In this document: positions 37,173-50,451 of the stretch, in pieces
Layout: each line of letters begins with the position of its first letter
Position numbering within the stretch: position 1 is the stretch's first letter
Assembly: GCF_000372725.1 (NCBI RefSeq)
Contig: NW_005201183.1
Span: forward strand, 129,972 to 193,971
Reading direction: 5' to 3'
Origin: Emiliania huxleyi CCMP1516
Lineage: Eukaryota
DNA length: 64,000 nt
The notes under the pieces: model-generated
What the model was told of the DNA's origin: nothing
Databases searched by the model: none
What the model saw: only the letters and a program-made list of their open reading frames with translations
Position numbers and translations under genes: made by a program

Positions 37173-38645
37173 TCACTCGTCCGAGTTGCTGCCCGAATCA
37201 CTGTCCTCCCCGCCGCTGCTATCCTCTCCGTCAGAGGAAGTAGGCGTCGGCGGCCGGCTCGCCCACACCTCGATCTTCTTGGGCAGCAGCTGGTCTGACA
37301 GGTCCTCTCCGTGGCCTAGGCAGCCGCCCTCGCCCTTGCCCCACGTGAAGACGGCGCCGTCGGCGATGGCGATGCTGTGGAATGGTCCAGCCGACACAGC
37401 GACGACGCGCTGGCCAGCGAAGGCCTCGACCTTGTTCGGCAGCAGCTGGTTCTGCTCGTCGCCGTGGCCCAACATGCCATTGGCTCCCCAGCCCCAGCTC
37501 CAGACAGCACCGGCGGCGGTGAGGGCGAGGCTGTTGTTCAGCCCAGCCGACAGAGCGACGACGCGCCGATCAGTAAAGGCCTCGATCTTCTTGGGCAGCA
37601 GCTGCCGCTGCTCGTCACCGTGGCCCAGCTGGCCATAGTCTCCCCAGCCCCAGCTCCAGACGGCGCCGTCGGCGGTGAGGGCGAGGCTGTGAAGGCCTCC
37701 AGCCGACACAGCGACGACGCGCCGCCCCGCCAAGGCCTCGACCTTCGTCGGCAGCAGCTGGCGCTGCTCGTCGCCTTGGCCCAACCGGCCAAGGCGTCCA
37801 TCGCCCCAGCTCCAGACGGCGCCGTCGGAGGTGATGGCAAGGCTGTAGCTGCCTCCAGCCGACACGGCGACGACGCGCTGGCCATCAAAAGCCTCGACCT
37901 TCTTTGGCAGCAGCTGAGGCTGCTGGTCGCCGTGGCCCAGCTCGCCAAAGACTCCCCGGCCCCAGCTCCAAAGGCTGCCGTCGGCGGTGATGGCGAGACT
38001 GTGGCTGCCTCCTGCCGACACGGCGACAACGCGCTGCCCAGCCAACGCCTCGATCTTCTCGGGCAGCAGCTGGTTCTGCTTGTCTCCGTGGCCCAACTGG
38101 CCATTCCCTCCATAGCCCCAGCTCCAGACACAGCCATCAACGGTGAGGGCGAGGCTGTGGCCAGAGCCAGCCGACACGCTAACGGCCAGCGGAGAAGGGA
38201 GGCGGGTCGGCGTGTTGAGCCGCGCCACGCCCTCGCCATGGCCAAGCAGGACTGGGGACGGCGCAGAGCCGCACGACGAGAGCCGCCCCTCGCCGACGAT
38301 GAAGACGCTGTGCCGTTGGCCTGCCACCGCCCTCGCTGGCGGGTTGGACTCGCACAGCAGCGCCGAATAGCACAGCCACCGCACGGCGCAGCTCTCGCCC
38401 TCTGGCTGCGCCGGCAGTTCGAAGCCGCGCTCTCGCGCCCACAAGCGGATGCCCTCCACCGCAAGCGAGGCGTGGAAGAGGAGCGAGACGGCCGCGAAGC
38501 GAGCGATGTCGGCGGGGTCGCAGCGAGAGACGACGCGCACGAGGAGGTCGGTGGGGAGGTCGAGGAGGCGGGCGGGCGGGGGCGTGTCTGGCGAGGGAGC
38601 GGCGGTGGCGAGGCGGCGCGAGCGGCGGCGCGTCGGGGTGGACAT
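37173..38645 (-). CDS. RCC1-repeat (UVR8/HERC-like beta-propeller) protein with F-box-like N-terminus, intronless
   Basis: LLDLPTDLLVRV, then ~52-aa repeats VVAVSAGxxHSLALTADGxVWSWGxGxxGQLGHGD. Confidence 0.9.
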   Translation of the reverse strand: MSTPTRRRSRRLATAAPSPDTPPPARLLDLPTDLLVRVVSRCDPADIARFAAVSLLFHASLAVEGIRLWARERGFELPAQPEGESCAVRWLCYSALLCESNPPARAVAGQRHSVFIVGEGRLSSCGSAPSPVLLGHGEGVARLNTPTRLPSPLAVSVSAGSGHSLALTVDGCVWSWGYGGNGQLGHGDKQNQLLPEKIEALAGQRVVAVSAGGSHSLAITADGSLWSWGRGVFGELGHGDQQPQLLPKKVEAFDGQRVVAVSAGGSYSLAITSDGAVWSWGDGRLGRLGQGDEQRQLLPTKVEALAGRRVVAVSAGGLHSLALTADGAVWSWGWGDYGQLGHGDEQRQLLPKKIEAFTDRRVVALSAGLNNSLALTAAGAVWSWGWGANGMLGHGDEQNQLLPNKVEAFAGQRVVAVSAGPFHSIAIADGAVFTWGKGEGGCLGHGEDLSDQLLPKKIEVWASRPPTPTSSDGEDSSGGEDSDSGSNSDE

Positions 38646-39652
38646 CGTGAGAAAAAGAATTTTTAAACGCAGGACTCTCACAGCAGACAGGCTCGACACA
38701 GGTGCGAACTGGCGCGTGCTAGTACTATCACAGGCAGAGAAAAGAATTTTACGCGCTTCGCTCTCGAGAAAAATCTCAAGAACAATTTCAAAAGAGAATT
38801 TACATCCCCCCAAAAAGAAGTTGTGGTTCTCCCACCCCTCCCTTGGGTTGTCTGTTTTCTTTCTTTCTTTCTTTGGCTTCTACAAAGTTACCGCCCGACA
38901 GCACCACCGCGTCGGGCGCGGCAAACGAGAAGCAGTACATGAACATGAGCCAGAGCAGGCAAAACTCGAGCGCGCGATGGTCCAAGACTTGCGGACGAGC
39001 TCGCACTCCCAAGCCAGAGCCGGCCCGAAGGGTTTGTTTTTAGGTAAGAGGTAAGCTGCGGTCCGAGGGCGATGCCAGAGTCTGCCGCCGAGTCGGCTCT
39101 CTGGATGACGGGAAGACGCACACACGCCTCTATCCACTCGCACGCACTCCACTCAGAACACCGACCGCAGACTTGGAAAGTGACAAGTGCGCGTGTGCGA
39201 GTGAGTGAGTATTCTTGATACGTACGAAACCACGACGACACACACCAGTCGACTCGCATCGGTTGCCTCCATGAACGGCGGAGCTATTCTCGCGTCCACA
39301 CCACACCTGGCTCCAACGTGGACACGCCCATAGCTGGGGACACTACTAGGTCACGCATGGCATCAGAAGTTTCATCTCTGGGCCCCGAAAGGCATCTCTA
39401 GCAGCGTCGTTACGCATGCGCCCTCCCCTCCTGAGCGCATGCGCCTCACATCTCGACAGAGCATAAGCCCTTGGCGTGTGACGAGACGAGTTCTTCGCCA
39501 TCGCAGCGAGCAGCAACCCACTCGCCGCACCAGCCGGAGGCATCGCCGCAGCACCAGCCGCGCCGCGGTCCCGCACCCGTCGACGAAGCTCCCCCCCGGA
39601 AGACCACGCGTAGCGACGCCTTGTCATTCGAGATGAGCGCGCTTGAAGCTCG

Positions 39653-39689
<37 letters not shown>

Positions 39690-41878
39690 GCGCGCGCGCA
39701 AGAGAACTTTCGAGTTTTGTTTTATCGAAAGCCCACTGGCAGAGCTGTACCCCCCAGGATCGACGCGCGGGGCATGCAGAAAATCCACGCCGTTGCAACT
39801 GCCATGTCGTGCCGCCGGTGCCGCTTCTTCTCCGAAATTTTGCTCAACCTGTTTGTCGACAAAGTTGTGCCCGAGCTCCTGCTGCTCGACTGCGCGGCGG
39901 AACCGGCCCCTCGAGGCTGAGGTGTGATGCGCCAGCACCGGGGCTACAGCGCGGGACTATTCCCGGGCCGTCTCGGGCAAGTTCAAAATCTGGTGTTTCA
40001 TGACCTCGACATCCTGCTGCACACTTTGACCTCAACCCGCGGCCCGCTGCGCGGCTCTCCGGCGCGAGAGGAGTCGTCTACGAGGCGGCGGCGAGCGCAG
40101 GCGGCGGCGGCGCGGCGGCGCGGCGGCGGATCGCGGCGCTGACAACGGCAGCAATCTGCGGCAGGCTGCTGCTTGCTGCTGCAGCAGCTGCTGCTGCTGC
40201 GGCTGCTCCGCTGCTGCGGATTGTGGATACGGCTTCTCCGATCACCCCGCCCGCCCGCCCCGCCCCACCCGCCCGCCTCTCGCCGCTTGCCCGCCCGCCC
40301 GCCCGCCCGCCCGACCACCCATTCCCATCACCATCTCACATACCTTCATATAGGTTCCTAGGCGCTCGAGACCTCCTCTCGCTGCCTACTCGCTGCCGCG
40401 AGGGAGGGGGGGAAGACGTCAGGCAGCTCTGACTCCTGTGATGAGCGCTTGAACGGAGGCCCCTCCCCGAAAGGGCAAGTATTAGCCACACGAAACCCGA
40501 GACCCCTCCCCCCCGCCCCGACCCCCCCACCCCCTTGCTCCCCTCCCCCCCCTCGGGAGGGCCGAAGAGAGGCGCCCGTGGGGACCCCGCAACTCCCTTC
40601 CCCCCTCGGAGGGGGCCGGACGAGGCGTACCCCGAGGGCCCCACTCTTTCCTTCGCATAGCGGCCACTCTTCGGATCGCTGGTCGAGCGACCCGGGGGAT
40701 GCCCCGCGCGCCTGACCCAGGCGCGAAAACGAATCTGCGAGGCGTGGCCGCTCATGCGGCCCGATGGGGAGGAGCGGGGCGGACTACGGGGATCGGCTTC
40801 TTACACAGCCCTTCCCTGCAGCGAGCCCCCCTCCAACCCACCCGCGCTAGGTCCCGGGGGACGCAGGGGTCACACCCGACGACCTCGGGAACTAGCCGGG
40901 GCAGTCGGAGAAGGGGCAACTCCGTGCACTGACGGTCGGCCGTCAGAAAACACGCCTCTGTGGCTCGGGTTACACCAATCCTCGCTACCCAACGCGGCCA
41001 AAGGATATCCACCTCGAGAACCTCGAGTACCCCCCAGTACCTAGGTAGAGTGTGTATCGCGCGCCTTGCGGGGGGGGGGGGGGCGGAAAAGAGGAACCTC
41101 TTAGCGTCATCGCCATGGTGCTGCAAGCAGCGCCGGGCAACGACGGCTTACCGCCTCCCGGTCCCCCTCGGCATACCTCCGCTGCTTAATGTTTGGCGAC
41201 TCGAACCCGTGAAGCTTCCCCGTGCGCGGGTTACCCCTCACACGAGTCAGCCTGCCAGCACGTATAAGCACTTGAGCACTTGAGCACTGGGATACATAGG
41301 GTCGATTCCGCGTGGTACGGGACCCCTCGATCGTCTCGCCCTCCCTCACTGGTATGTTCATTGGGGGGGGGGGGGGGTCATAACAAACACGGTACAGGAT
41401 CGAGGTGCACGCTGCCGAGGCAGTGTCGTCCCCCCTCCGTCCTTCCTCGACGGTGATTGATGGCGGTGTGACCGATCGAGCTACAAGAGGAACTTGTTCA
41501 GCAGGAGGATATCGCAGGTCGCACCTCATATTCACTGTTTGCAACCTCGCCGTGTAAATATTTGAATATCTTGGTGACACGTGTGTTACAGACAGGGGCT
41601 GGGACCCACCCATGCATGGGGCCCCAAACAAATGACGTGTGCGTGAGTGGTAGAGTTGTTTTTGTTGTCCCGAGGGGTGACGTCGAGTGAGGATGTAGTC
41701 GTGTCCTGGGCGGGCACCCATGAAAGCGACGGCCATTGTACTTGTTCATCATTCTCAACCCATTTTGCCTCATGGAGCACCGAACCCCGGTGCGAAACGA
41801 GTTTTTTGATGGGTCGCACGCAGTCTCACATGTGAGCGCTTTAGAGCTCTACATCCGCCGCTAGAGGCGCTCTACAAC

Positions 41879-42904
41879 GTGGAATATATACAACAAACCT
41901 ACATCACCAGCCTGCCGATGGCCGACCCGGACGCCGACGATTCCTTTTCGGACATCGTCACCCGCTCGCTCGTCAGCGTCGGAGTCTGCGTCGTGCTGAG
42001 CTGGCAGGTGATCGAGTCTGCGGGCTTCCGCCGCTCGCTTGGGCAGCGGTTTGGCGGCTCGCCGCTGCAGTGGTTCCTCATTGCGCTCATGGCTCTCGCC
42101 GCGCTGGAAGGCGTTCTCGCCACGGTCGCGGACGTGATGCTGCTGGCCCGCGCGGACGCGGCGGTCGCCGATTCCTCCTCGCGCCTGCGGGCGCTCAAAG
42201 CGGAGGTGAGCCTCGCGCTCGCCGTCGGTCGGGTCGACCAGGCGGTGGTCGCGCTGCTTATCCTCGGCCTCGGCATCGCGGGCACTCTCACTGGCGTGGC
42301 GGACGCGCCGGTGGCGCTGGTGCTCGGCGGCGCCGCGCTGCTCCTCGGCAGCTGGTTGCCCGCACCGCTCGTGCTCGTGGTTGGCGTGTGGCGGCTGCAG
42401 CGGCGGACCTCGGGGTGGAGGCTGCGCTGCGCGCTGCGTCCCCTCCTCGTGCTTGCGTGCCTCGAGGCGCTGTACGCCTGGTTCCCGGTGCGCGCCTTTG
42501 AGGACTCGCTTGCCGAGGCGAGGCGCGAGGAGGGCGAGGTGCTCTCCGAGCTCGTGCGCGCCAACCTGGTCGACGACACGATGGCGAACGACACCCTCGC
42601 GCTGATCGACTCGATGCGGCCGGCGGTGCTCCTCGAGGTTGCGCAGCAGGGGCTCGGCGACCTCGTCCTCTTCGGCACAACCCTCGCGCTGAGCCTGAGC
42701 GCGAGGTCGCGCGGCGTGCGGCGCGCGCTGCTGCCCGCCGGCGCGGCGCTTGCGCCCGGCCTGCCCTCCTCCTTCGCCGTTGTCTTTGTGTTTCTGCTGG
42801 AGACGCGAGAGGCCCAGGCCGGCGCCCTCACTCTCTTGCCGCTGCACGACACGCCGCTCCGCGCTGGGGCGGAGGAGCGCGTGCAGCGTCCGGATGGAAC
42901 GTGA
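41879..42904 (+). CDS. Hypothetical membrane protein
   Basis: 341-aa ORF with multiple hydrophobic helices; first in-frame ATG at ~41918. Confidence 0.5.
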   Translation: MEYIQQTYITSLPMADPDADDSFSDIVTRSLVSVGVCVVLSWQVIESAGFRRSLGQRFGGSPLQWFLIALMALAALEGVLATVADVMLLARADAAVADSSSRLRALKAEVSLALAVGRVDQAVVALLILGLGIAGTLTGVADAPVALVLGGAALLLGSWLPAPLVLVVGVWRLQRRTSGWRLRCALRPLLVLACLEALYAWFPVRAFEDSLAEARREEGEVLSELVRANLVDDTMANDTLALIDSMRPAVLLEVAQQGLGDLVLFGTTLALSLSARSRGVRRALLPAGAALAPGLPSSFAVVFVFLLETREAQAGALTLLPLHDTPLRAGAEERVQRPDGT

Positions 42905-43129
42905 GCGGGGTGCGTGTCTCTTGTGCACCCTCAACTGAATGCATGTGAAGGTACACAGCCAATCGCATTATAGAGTTTACAATAGAGAATATGCACCCGC
43001 ACGACACCACTTGCACAATGGCTCTCGCCCGGGCGTCCGGAAAAAAGAAAATGGTACCCCCCGCCGGCCCCCGGTTCTCCAACGTTTGCTCGGGTTGGCT
43101 TGGACTCTCGAAGCCACACCTGCTTACGC

Positions 43130-44846
43130 ATGATCTCGACGTCGACGTGGCCTCGAGCGCACGCGTGGCCCAAAGCCGGCCTCATCGCCCTCGTTAGTTT
43201 CGTCGCTCTTGCCGTGACCGCTCGTGCTGTGGCTCGCGCGTCGGTCGTAAGCGATGCTGCACCGCTCACCAGCGCGTGGTCTGAGTTGCGCTTTGCCGAT
43301 GCTAGCGCGTGGACGAAAAGGCCGGCCTTCGACTCGAACTGCGAGGCTCAGTGGACGTTGACCACACTCGCGGGCGTCTCGACCGGCTTCATCAATAAGG
43401 CCATCGGCTCGATGCAGTACCCGCTGCACGTGCATGATGTGCTGCCCGCCGGGAAACAGCTCGAGGTGCGGTCCGCACTCGGCCAGCGAATCGCGCTGAC
43501 CAACGTCTCCGTGCTCGATCTCAACCCGGCGACGATCCAGCTCGGCGTCTGCCGCGACGACCTCGAGTGGCTGCAGAGGCAGAGCTTTGCGCGCCAGGCG
43601 TTTGAGCGCTCGACCCGTCCGAACGACGGGCTGCAGATCCTGGTGTCGGAGATCGTCACACACGTCCAGGTCAAGTTCCAGGTCGTCCAGACCATGGGCG
43701 CGCTCTAGCAGCAGCGCCGCACACGTGGCAGCACCACTCACTGTTCCGTCCCTCCGCTCCGCCTCCCTCTGAACTGTATCGTTGTCGTCTCTCTAGCCCC
43801 TCCCTCTCCAGACCTACGCAATCCCCCGCGCTGCAGGCTCCTTCATCCCCGACGTCTTCCTCGGCTGGGGCACCGCCAACGTGACCGTGCGCGGCGTGCT
43901 CGACATGCACGAATCCGCCCCCAGACCTACTCCGCCGTCGGACACGTCCATGACGCGTCCTCACGGCCGCGTCGCAGGCACGTCGACTTGCGGCACATCG
44001 AGGCGGCCGCGCTCGGGCAGGTGCGAGCCTGCACCTCGCGAGGGGGAGGAGGTGTGAACAGCGTCTCTTCACACCTCCAGCTGTGAACAGTGCCGCGGAA
44101 AGTTCGACGTCGAGTCGATCTCGATCGCTGCCGACGGCATCAGCGCCGGCTTGCTCAACGCGCCGATCCGCCAGGTCGCGGATCTGCTCGTCGGGGAGAT
44201 GGGCCACATCATCTGCTACGGCGACTCGGTAGCCCGCTGCCACGCCCCCCGCCCAACTCGCCACGCCCCCGCCCAACCTGCCGAGGAGAGGTGCCGTTCA
44301 CGGCCTCGCGCGCGGTGCGATCAGGTTGCGGCGGTCGCCGTGTACAACAGCGAGACGTCGCACCTCACGAAGCTGCGCGGCGTGGTCCAGCTGCTCAACG
44401 CGGAGATCAGCGCGCGCGCCACGTTGGTCAACGTCCTCCTCTGGCCTTTTGGCGCCAGCTCCTCGGCAAGGCCCTCTGGCACGTGACGTGCACCACCTTG
44501 ACCTGTCCGCGTGTGTGCTGTACCATTAGGCGCCTCTCCGTTCCCGCGCGAAGTGGATCCGAACTTGGCGGCCGTCGAGCGCGCGCGCGCCGACATCGCA
44601 AAGCTGAAGGAGGTCGGGATAGAGGCGGAGCTGGGCGAGGGGCGGTTCGACCACATACGCGACGAGAACGGCGATGGAGTCTACCACGTTTGGGCGGGCG
44701 CGGATGGCGGCGGAGGGAAGTACGTGAACGGGATCTACCAGCCGAACCACATGGAGAACGACGGGATCGTCTCGATGCTCGCCACCGAGACGCTGGAGGA
44801 GCGCGCCCGCGGGAACTCGGCCAATGTGGACGCAGTGGCAGAGTAA
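43130..44846 (+). CDS. Hypothetical multi-exon protein
   Basis: Successive coding-like ORFs separated by short pyrimidine-rich, AG-ending segments; N-terminal hydrophobic helix. Confidence 0.4.
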
Positions 44847-45180
44847 AAGTTAGAGAGACGCGGACTCTTTTGAGGGGAGCTGGATCTTTATTTTCTTTGC
44901 TCATTGCACATTGGTTAAACCCGGGGGAACTCGGCGGAACCTCTGCCCTACTCAGTACCTCGAAACACGGCGGTATCGGACACACAGCCTGAATCACAGC
45001 AGCAACCTCGTGCTGTGTCGTGGGGGCGTGTTGAGTATATGAGCGACCCACCGCGAGGGTTGCTCCTGACTCTGGCCTTTTCTGGGTCACGTAGCCACAC
45101 CTCGCCTCCTTGGTGCGAGTGGCTGCCAGTTCGACTCTGGGGAGGATCGAACCGTCAACAGGTACGGTTAAGTGTCAAAG

Positions 45181-45980
45181 ATGTCCCATCGGGGCGAGGA
45201 GCGTCGCTGGCGTGATGATCAACAGCGCGCCGAGAACGGACGCGAAGAGCGGCGATGGCGGGGCGAGCCGCGACGGCGGTCGCGATCGCGCGATGAGCCG
45301 CGGCGGGATGAGCTGCGACGGCGCAACGAGCGTTGGCAAGGCGAGCCACACACTGACGGGCGGCATGACGAGCGGCGCGGCTACAACGCCTCTTGGTGCA
45401 GTGGCCGCGAGCAGCGATGGCACGCTGAGCCACACGCAGCTGAGCGCTGGCGCGACGAGCCATTGCGAGGCGAGCGACGGCCGCATCATGACGGGCGGCA
45501 CGTTGAGCGGCGCGGCTGCAACGACCGACCAAGCATAGGCGAGCGCGAGCGCGACTTGTACGATCGGCGCGATGATCGGTCCCACGATCCCAGGCGCGAC
45601 CATGACCGGCGCGACCGCCGCGGCGAGGGGCAGCCTCAGCACAGCGACCGCCGGTTGAGTCCGCCGATGCGTGGTGCGGGATCGCGCGACGAGAGGCACA
45701 CCTCTGCTGCCGGAGGTCAGCTCGATGCTAAGCAGCTCAGCGGCCGTATCTCGCATGCCAGCGGCGCCGACGAGCTGCTCAGGCTCTTTGCTGCCCACAG
45801 CGCGAACTTGAACCACATCCACGCTGCGAACCTGTGGAACAAACTGGGCAAGCAGCGCATCGAGCGGCGGCACGAGGGGCGGCTTGAGCAGCTGGTGCAG
45901 CGCACGCTCGACCTGGTTTCTTCGTGCCGAGCACGCGAGCTGGCCAACGTGTCTCACGGCGTTGCAAGGTGCGGCCTGAG
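45181..45980 (+). pseudogene. Truncated OPR/RAP-type RNA-binding protein 5' fragment with Arg/Asp-rich N-terminus
   Basis: LNHIHAANLWNKLG and CRARELANVSHGVARCG resemble the first octotricopeptide-like repeat; the repeats do not continue. Confidence 0.5.
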
Positions 45981-46206
45981 GCCGCCGGGGAGGCCGCCGG
46001 GGAAGGGCAAGCCGCCCGCGTCGGCGGCGAGGAACGGGTTCGGCCGCACCAGGTGGGTGGACATGAGCATCGCGAGGACAGCAGTTCACCTTCGGGTTCG
46101 GACGTCAGAGCTACAAACACTGAAAAAGAAACCGCGCCTTATTACCTGCCCCAATCGAAGGAGGCGCCCCCGGCTGAGCACGCCCCCCAGCATCCTTGCG
46201 GTCACA

Positions 46207-47060
46207 ATGATCGCGCAACCCGTTCCGACCGAGGCCGACGGGTCGGCCCCGCGCCACTCGCGCGCCTCGGGCGTGCGGCGCCTCGCGCCGGTCCTCGCCC
46301 TCCTCGCCGGTGCAGGGGCCTTTGCGTACTATGGCACGGGCGCCACCGCGCCATCGCCGTCCGACATCAAGCTGGCGATTGGCAAGCCCTTTGTGCAGGG
46401 CATCATCGCGCTGTTCGAGCTCAAGGTGGACCAGATCACCCTGCAGAAGCCCGAGTCCCAGTGGTCGCACTTTGCCCTCGACCTCATTGCCTTTGACCTA
46501 AAGATGGACATCCACATGGAGCTGCTCTTCTTCGGCGCGCAGGCGACGCTCGCGTCGGCGGAGATCGACCTCATGTTCCGCGGGGAGCGGTTCGGCACTC
46601 TCTCCACGCTCCCCTGCCCGCTCGGCGGCGGCGGTAAGATCAAGACGCAGATGGCCGGCCGGCTGGTTGTTGATGACGTGGCCGTCTTCCAGAAGATTGC
46701 GCGCGCCGTCGTGCACGAGGACGAGTTCACCGTCGAGCTGTACTCGACGCTGGCGGTCGAGCTGCGCGGCTCCGACAACGGGTGCCTCCTCAGGAGCGAG
46801 ATGTGCAAGACGGTCGGCTCGGCGCGCATCCCCGGCGTCACGTTTGCAAAGTCGGTCACGCTCAGGGGCGCGCAGGGCTTTGCGGTGGACATGCGCCCGC
46901 TGCAGCTGACGGACCTGCCGTCGTTCGAGCCGGCCGGCAAGGCGCTCATCTCGCTCGAGGCTCGCGTCTACAACCCCTCCACCTTTGTCTTCCGCGACCT
47001 CGACGTCTTCTCGATCGACGTGTACACGGACGACTCGTGGCCAAAGACGGAGAAGCCGGC
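46207..47060 (+). CDS. DUF3712-like single-pass membrane protein, 3'-truncated
   Basis: TM helix, then FGTL.., LVVDDVAVFQKIARAV, FAKSVTLRGAQGF and ARVYNPS. Confidence 0.55.
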
Positions 47061-47099
47061 TGCCGACTCGCTCGGCGTAGAGATCGCGAACTCCGCACC

Positions 47100-47608
47100 T
47101 CGGACGTCGTTGAGGGGCCGCTGCACGGCTCGAAACGGGTCCCGAGCATACCCGCTGTGTTCGAGGATCTCACGTACCAGGACCGAAAGGGCGAGCACCA
47201 CCGACTGGAGGGCTCGCTCCTCGACACTGGTGCCGGAGTCACGGTCGTCGACGAGGCCACCGCAGATCGCATGTGCAAAGCGGGCGCCGCGGTGATCGAC
47301 CGGTCGAGCACCGGAATCACGCTCTCGGGCGTCGGCTCGCGGAGAGTCGTGGGCACGCTGCGCATGCGAATCGCCATCGCAGCGACTCACCTGGAGAGTG
47401 GGCGAACGACGCGATTGCGCTATGAGCATGTCGGCCTCGTGGCGGAGGGAGACGACCAAATTCGCATCTTTGGCAACGACTTTTCCTACACTCACGTGAA
47501 GGATGTAGCGTTGGGTGAGCATCACGCCATCCTACGGCACGGCGGCGAGTTGCACCGGGCCAACATCGTCACGGACGTCAAGCTCAAACGCATGTACGAA
47601 TGCGCTGC
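47100..47608 (+). mobile_element. Retropepsin-like aspartic protease fragment (LTR-retrotransposon-type remnant)
   Basis: LLDTGAGVTVV catalytic motif, flap-like LSGVGSRRVVG and IFGNDF; cut by a dispersed repeat at 47609. Confidence 0.7.
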
Positions 47609-49078
47609 CGAGGAGGGGAGGATGGGCGGTCGGCGTCGGAGTAGCAGGCTGCAGGGCGTACGGGGTAGCCGTCACTTTCCTGCCTCACAAGGGCGGGGCT
47701 GTCCCGGAAAGTGAGAAACGCCGGGCAGCGTGGCGCATTACTGAACCCTCCCATACGTGCTTGTGCTTCCTCCTTCGCTGTCCCATCTCCTCATCTCTTT
47801 CCCGCCTGGGCGGGGCGGTGGGCGGGCGCGCGGTGCGGCGTGGCGTGTGCGTGTGTGCGACTGCAACGGAGGACCGCTCGCAGAGGACCATTGGGTTTGT
47901 ACTATTAACAACGAAGGCGCTCTCAAAAAGAAGAAAATAGCCTGCGTCTGTGAGGCGCCGACGAAACTTGAACCCACCCGGTCTTTGTACCATCGCGCAT
48001 CGGAAGCTGCTACATGAGTTCGCCGTCGATCCCACTGCCCTTCACTGGCGGGCTGCCGAACCGCACCTCGGAGAGCACGACGCAGCCCACCGACACCGCC
48101 TCCTCCGACGTCTCCTCCGTCATGAAGGGCGTCGCCGCGCTGCACCGACAGCTCAGCGGCGGGGATGAGAGTGTTCCGATGCCGTTCGCTCCCAGCCAGC
48201 CCTACCGCCACTCCGCTGAGCAATGCGCCAAGTAGAGCGCTCGTCGTCGCGCCGTGCGCGGCGCGCGCAAAGCCCGAGCACAACGAGACCAAAGCTGCTG
48301 TCGATTAGCGCGGCGATGCGCCGCCGGGGGAGTCTTGTTGGGTGTGCAATCTTTGGTGCGTAGCTACCGTCGGGTACTTATTTTAAGACCAGGTAAACAG
48401 CAATAGATCCGGGTGTAGTGCCGGATCAGTTCCTGGAGCCAGGGGGACCGATTTGCACTTGCCAAGGGACCAATTGCTAAACCCACCCGGGCGGGGGCCG
48501 GGGGGGGGGAGGGGGTACAGGGGGCCGCCCCACAGACCCGTTGCCACGCGCACCAGGTGAGAGGTTCCGCCAAACGCGCACGTTCGGCACAGCAGATACA
48601 TCACACTGGCGGGATGCAAGGGTACACTCAACACCTACCCGACAGTACATTCCATGCCAGAACCTTCATGATGGAGGACCGATTCTCGGCAAGTTGGCAG
48701 GGCGGGCAGCTGTGAAGGATCGATTGCTGTACAACGAGGGACCGATTCCGTGAGGGCTGGGTACTGATTAGGCCGGGGGCGCGAGCGTGTGTGAGAGAGA
48801 CACAGAGAGAGCGAGAGCGCGACCACTCCGAGGGGAGGCCGAGAGGAGTTTCAGTTTGCGGGCTTGTCAGCAAGGGTGGCCGAGTCGCCTCCGCGGGACA
48901 CGTCACACACTTTCGCTGGAGGAGCTGCGATGGATGGAGAGCGTAGCGAAGACACGTAGACGCACTGTACAAGAGGGGCGATCGTACTCCCCCCCGCCCC
49001 CGGGGAGAACTCCCGCTGTGACGACCCAACAGCCGCAAACGACGCGGCGCGTTTTCACGCGTGAAGCCAGCCGGCCGG

Positions 49079-50451
49079 CTATCCGATGAAGGAGAAGACG
49101 GAGCTCCCGGTCGGCGGCGGGAGCGCGTCGCTCCTCTCAGCCGAGGATGGGACCAGCCGCTCTGACGAGAGAGAAGGCGGCGTGTCGCTTCGCTCCGCCA
49201 TCCCCGACCACGGCTCGCCGACCATGCCCATCCCCATCATCGGCTCGGCTGCGGCGAGGAACGGGAAGGCTGATGGCGGAGCAGCGCTCTCGCGCCGTCC
49301 GACTGATTGCGGCGGGGCCGTCCGCGACATCGCCGCAGCGACGAGTGACACGACGGGCAGCTCGCGCGCCGCCGCCAGGAGCCGCTCCGCGTGTGGCGTG
49401 ATCTCCACTCTCGCCTCGAGGTCGATCTCCGCGATCTCGTCGAGCCTAAGGAGAGACGGGGGCGGGAGAGGTCGGGCGGTGGTGGTTGCGGTGGCCGGTG
49501 GGGTGGTGGCGGCGGCGGCGTGGGTGGGTGGGGCGAAGCGCGCGTCAGAGCTGCGAGCTGCGGCAGCGACACCACGCCCGCCTCGGCGAAGGTGGGCGCA
49601 AGCTCGCTCAGCCGAAGCGACGAGAGCAGCTCGCCCTATATGGGAGTCCGGCGACCAACGGCGTCAGCTCCGTGCCGCGCGTGTCGCTGCCCGCCGAGGA
49701 GGGAGGAGCGACCAGCGTCTCGGGCGGCGGAGGCGGCGGCGGTGGCGGCGGCATCGCGAGCACCGGCTGAGCGAGCTCCTCGATGGCAAAGCTCACGGCC
49801 GCCTACTCGGGAGGCCGAGCCGCGTGTGCAAGGGGTCAGCGGGGCGGCGGAGTCCTTCTGTCCTGCGGCGAGCGCCGCGCGGAAGCGAGCGTGCTCCTCC
49901 GCGGCGAGCCGCGCCGCCGCGCTCCTCTGCGCCTCCGCGTGCTCCTCCGACAGCCGCCGAACCGCTTGCAGCCTCTCGTGCTGCTCCTGCTCGCGCTGCA
50001 GCCGCGTCGCCACGGCGGCGCTCCTCCTCCCTCTCGCCTCGGCCGCGACGACGTCAGCCCTCGAGGCCTCGATGCGCGCCGCCGCGAGGCGACGCTCCGC
50101 TGCGACGAAGGCGGCCTCTGCCGCAGTCAGCTCGCGCTGCGCCGCCTCGGACTCTCGCTCCGCGAGAGTGGACTCGGCGGCCGCGACGTCGGCCGCGGTT
50201 GCCGCGTCCTGTGCCTCGCAGGCGGCCACATCCGCCGCCTCGCGTGCGGTGTCGACAGCGGAGCGCGATGCCGAGCAGCCAGCGTCCAGCTCGCTCAAGA
50301 GAGCCGCTCGACGGTCCTCGCTGATCCCCGCCATGAGCTGCTGAGTCACGATGTCGCCGGATTTCAAGAGCGTGGTGTGCGGCTCGCCAGCGCCGGCCGA
50401 AGTAGACGCTCCGTCGTCCATGCCGAAGGGCGACGTCATGAAGTCCGTCAT
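49079..50451 (-). CDS. Hypothetical coiled-coil protein, probably multi-exon
   Basis: Ala/Glu/Arg-rich helical ORF from MTDFMTSPF; downstream exons uncertain. Confidence 0.35.
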
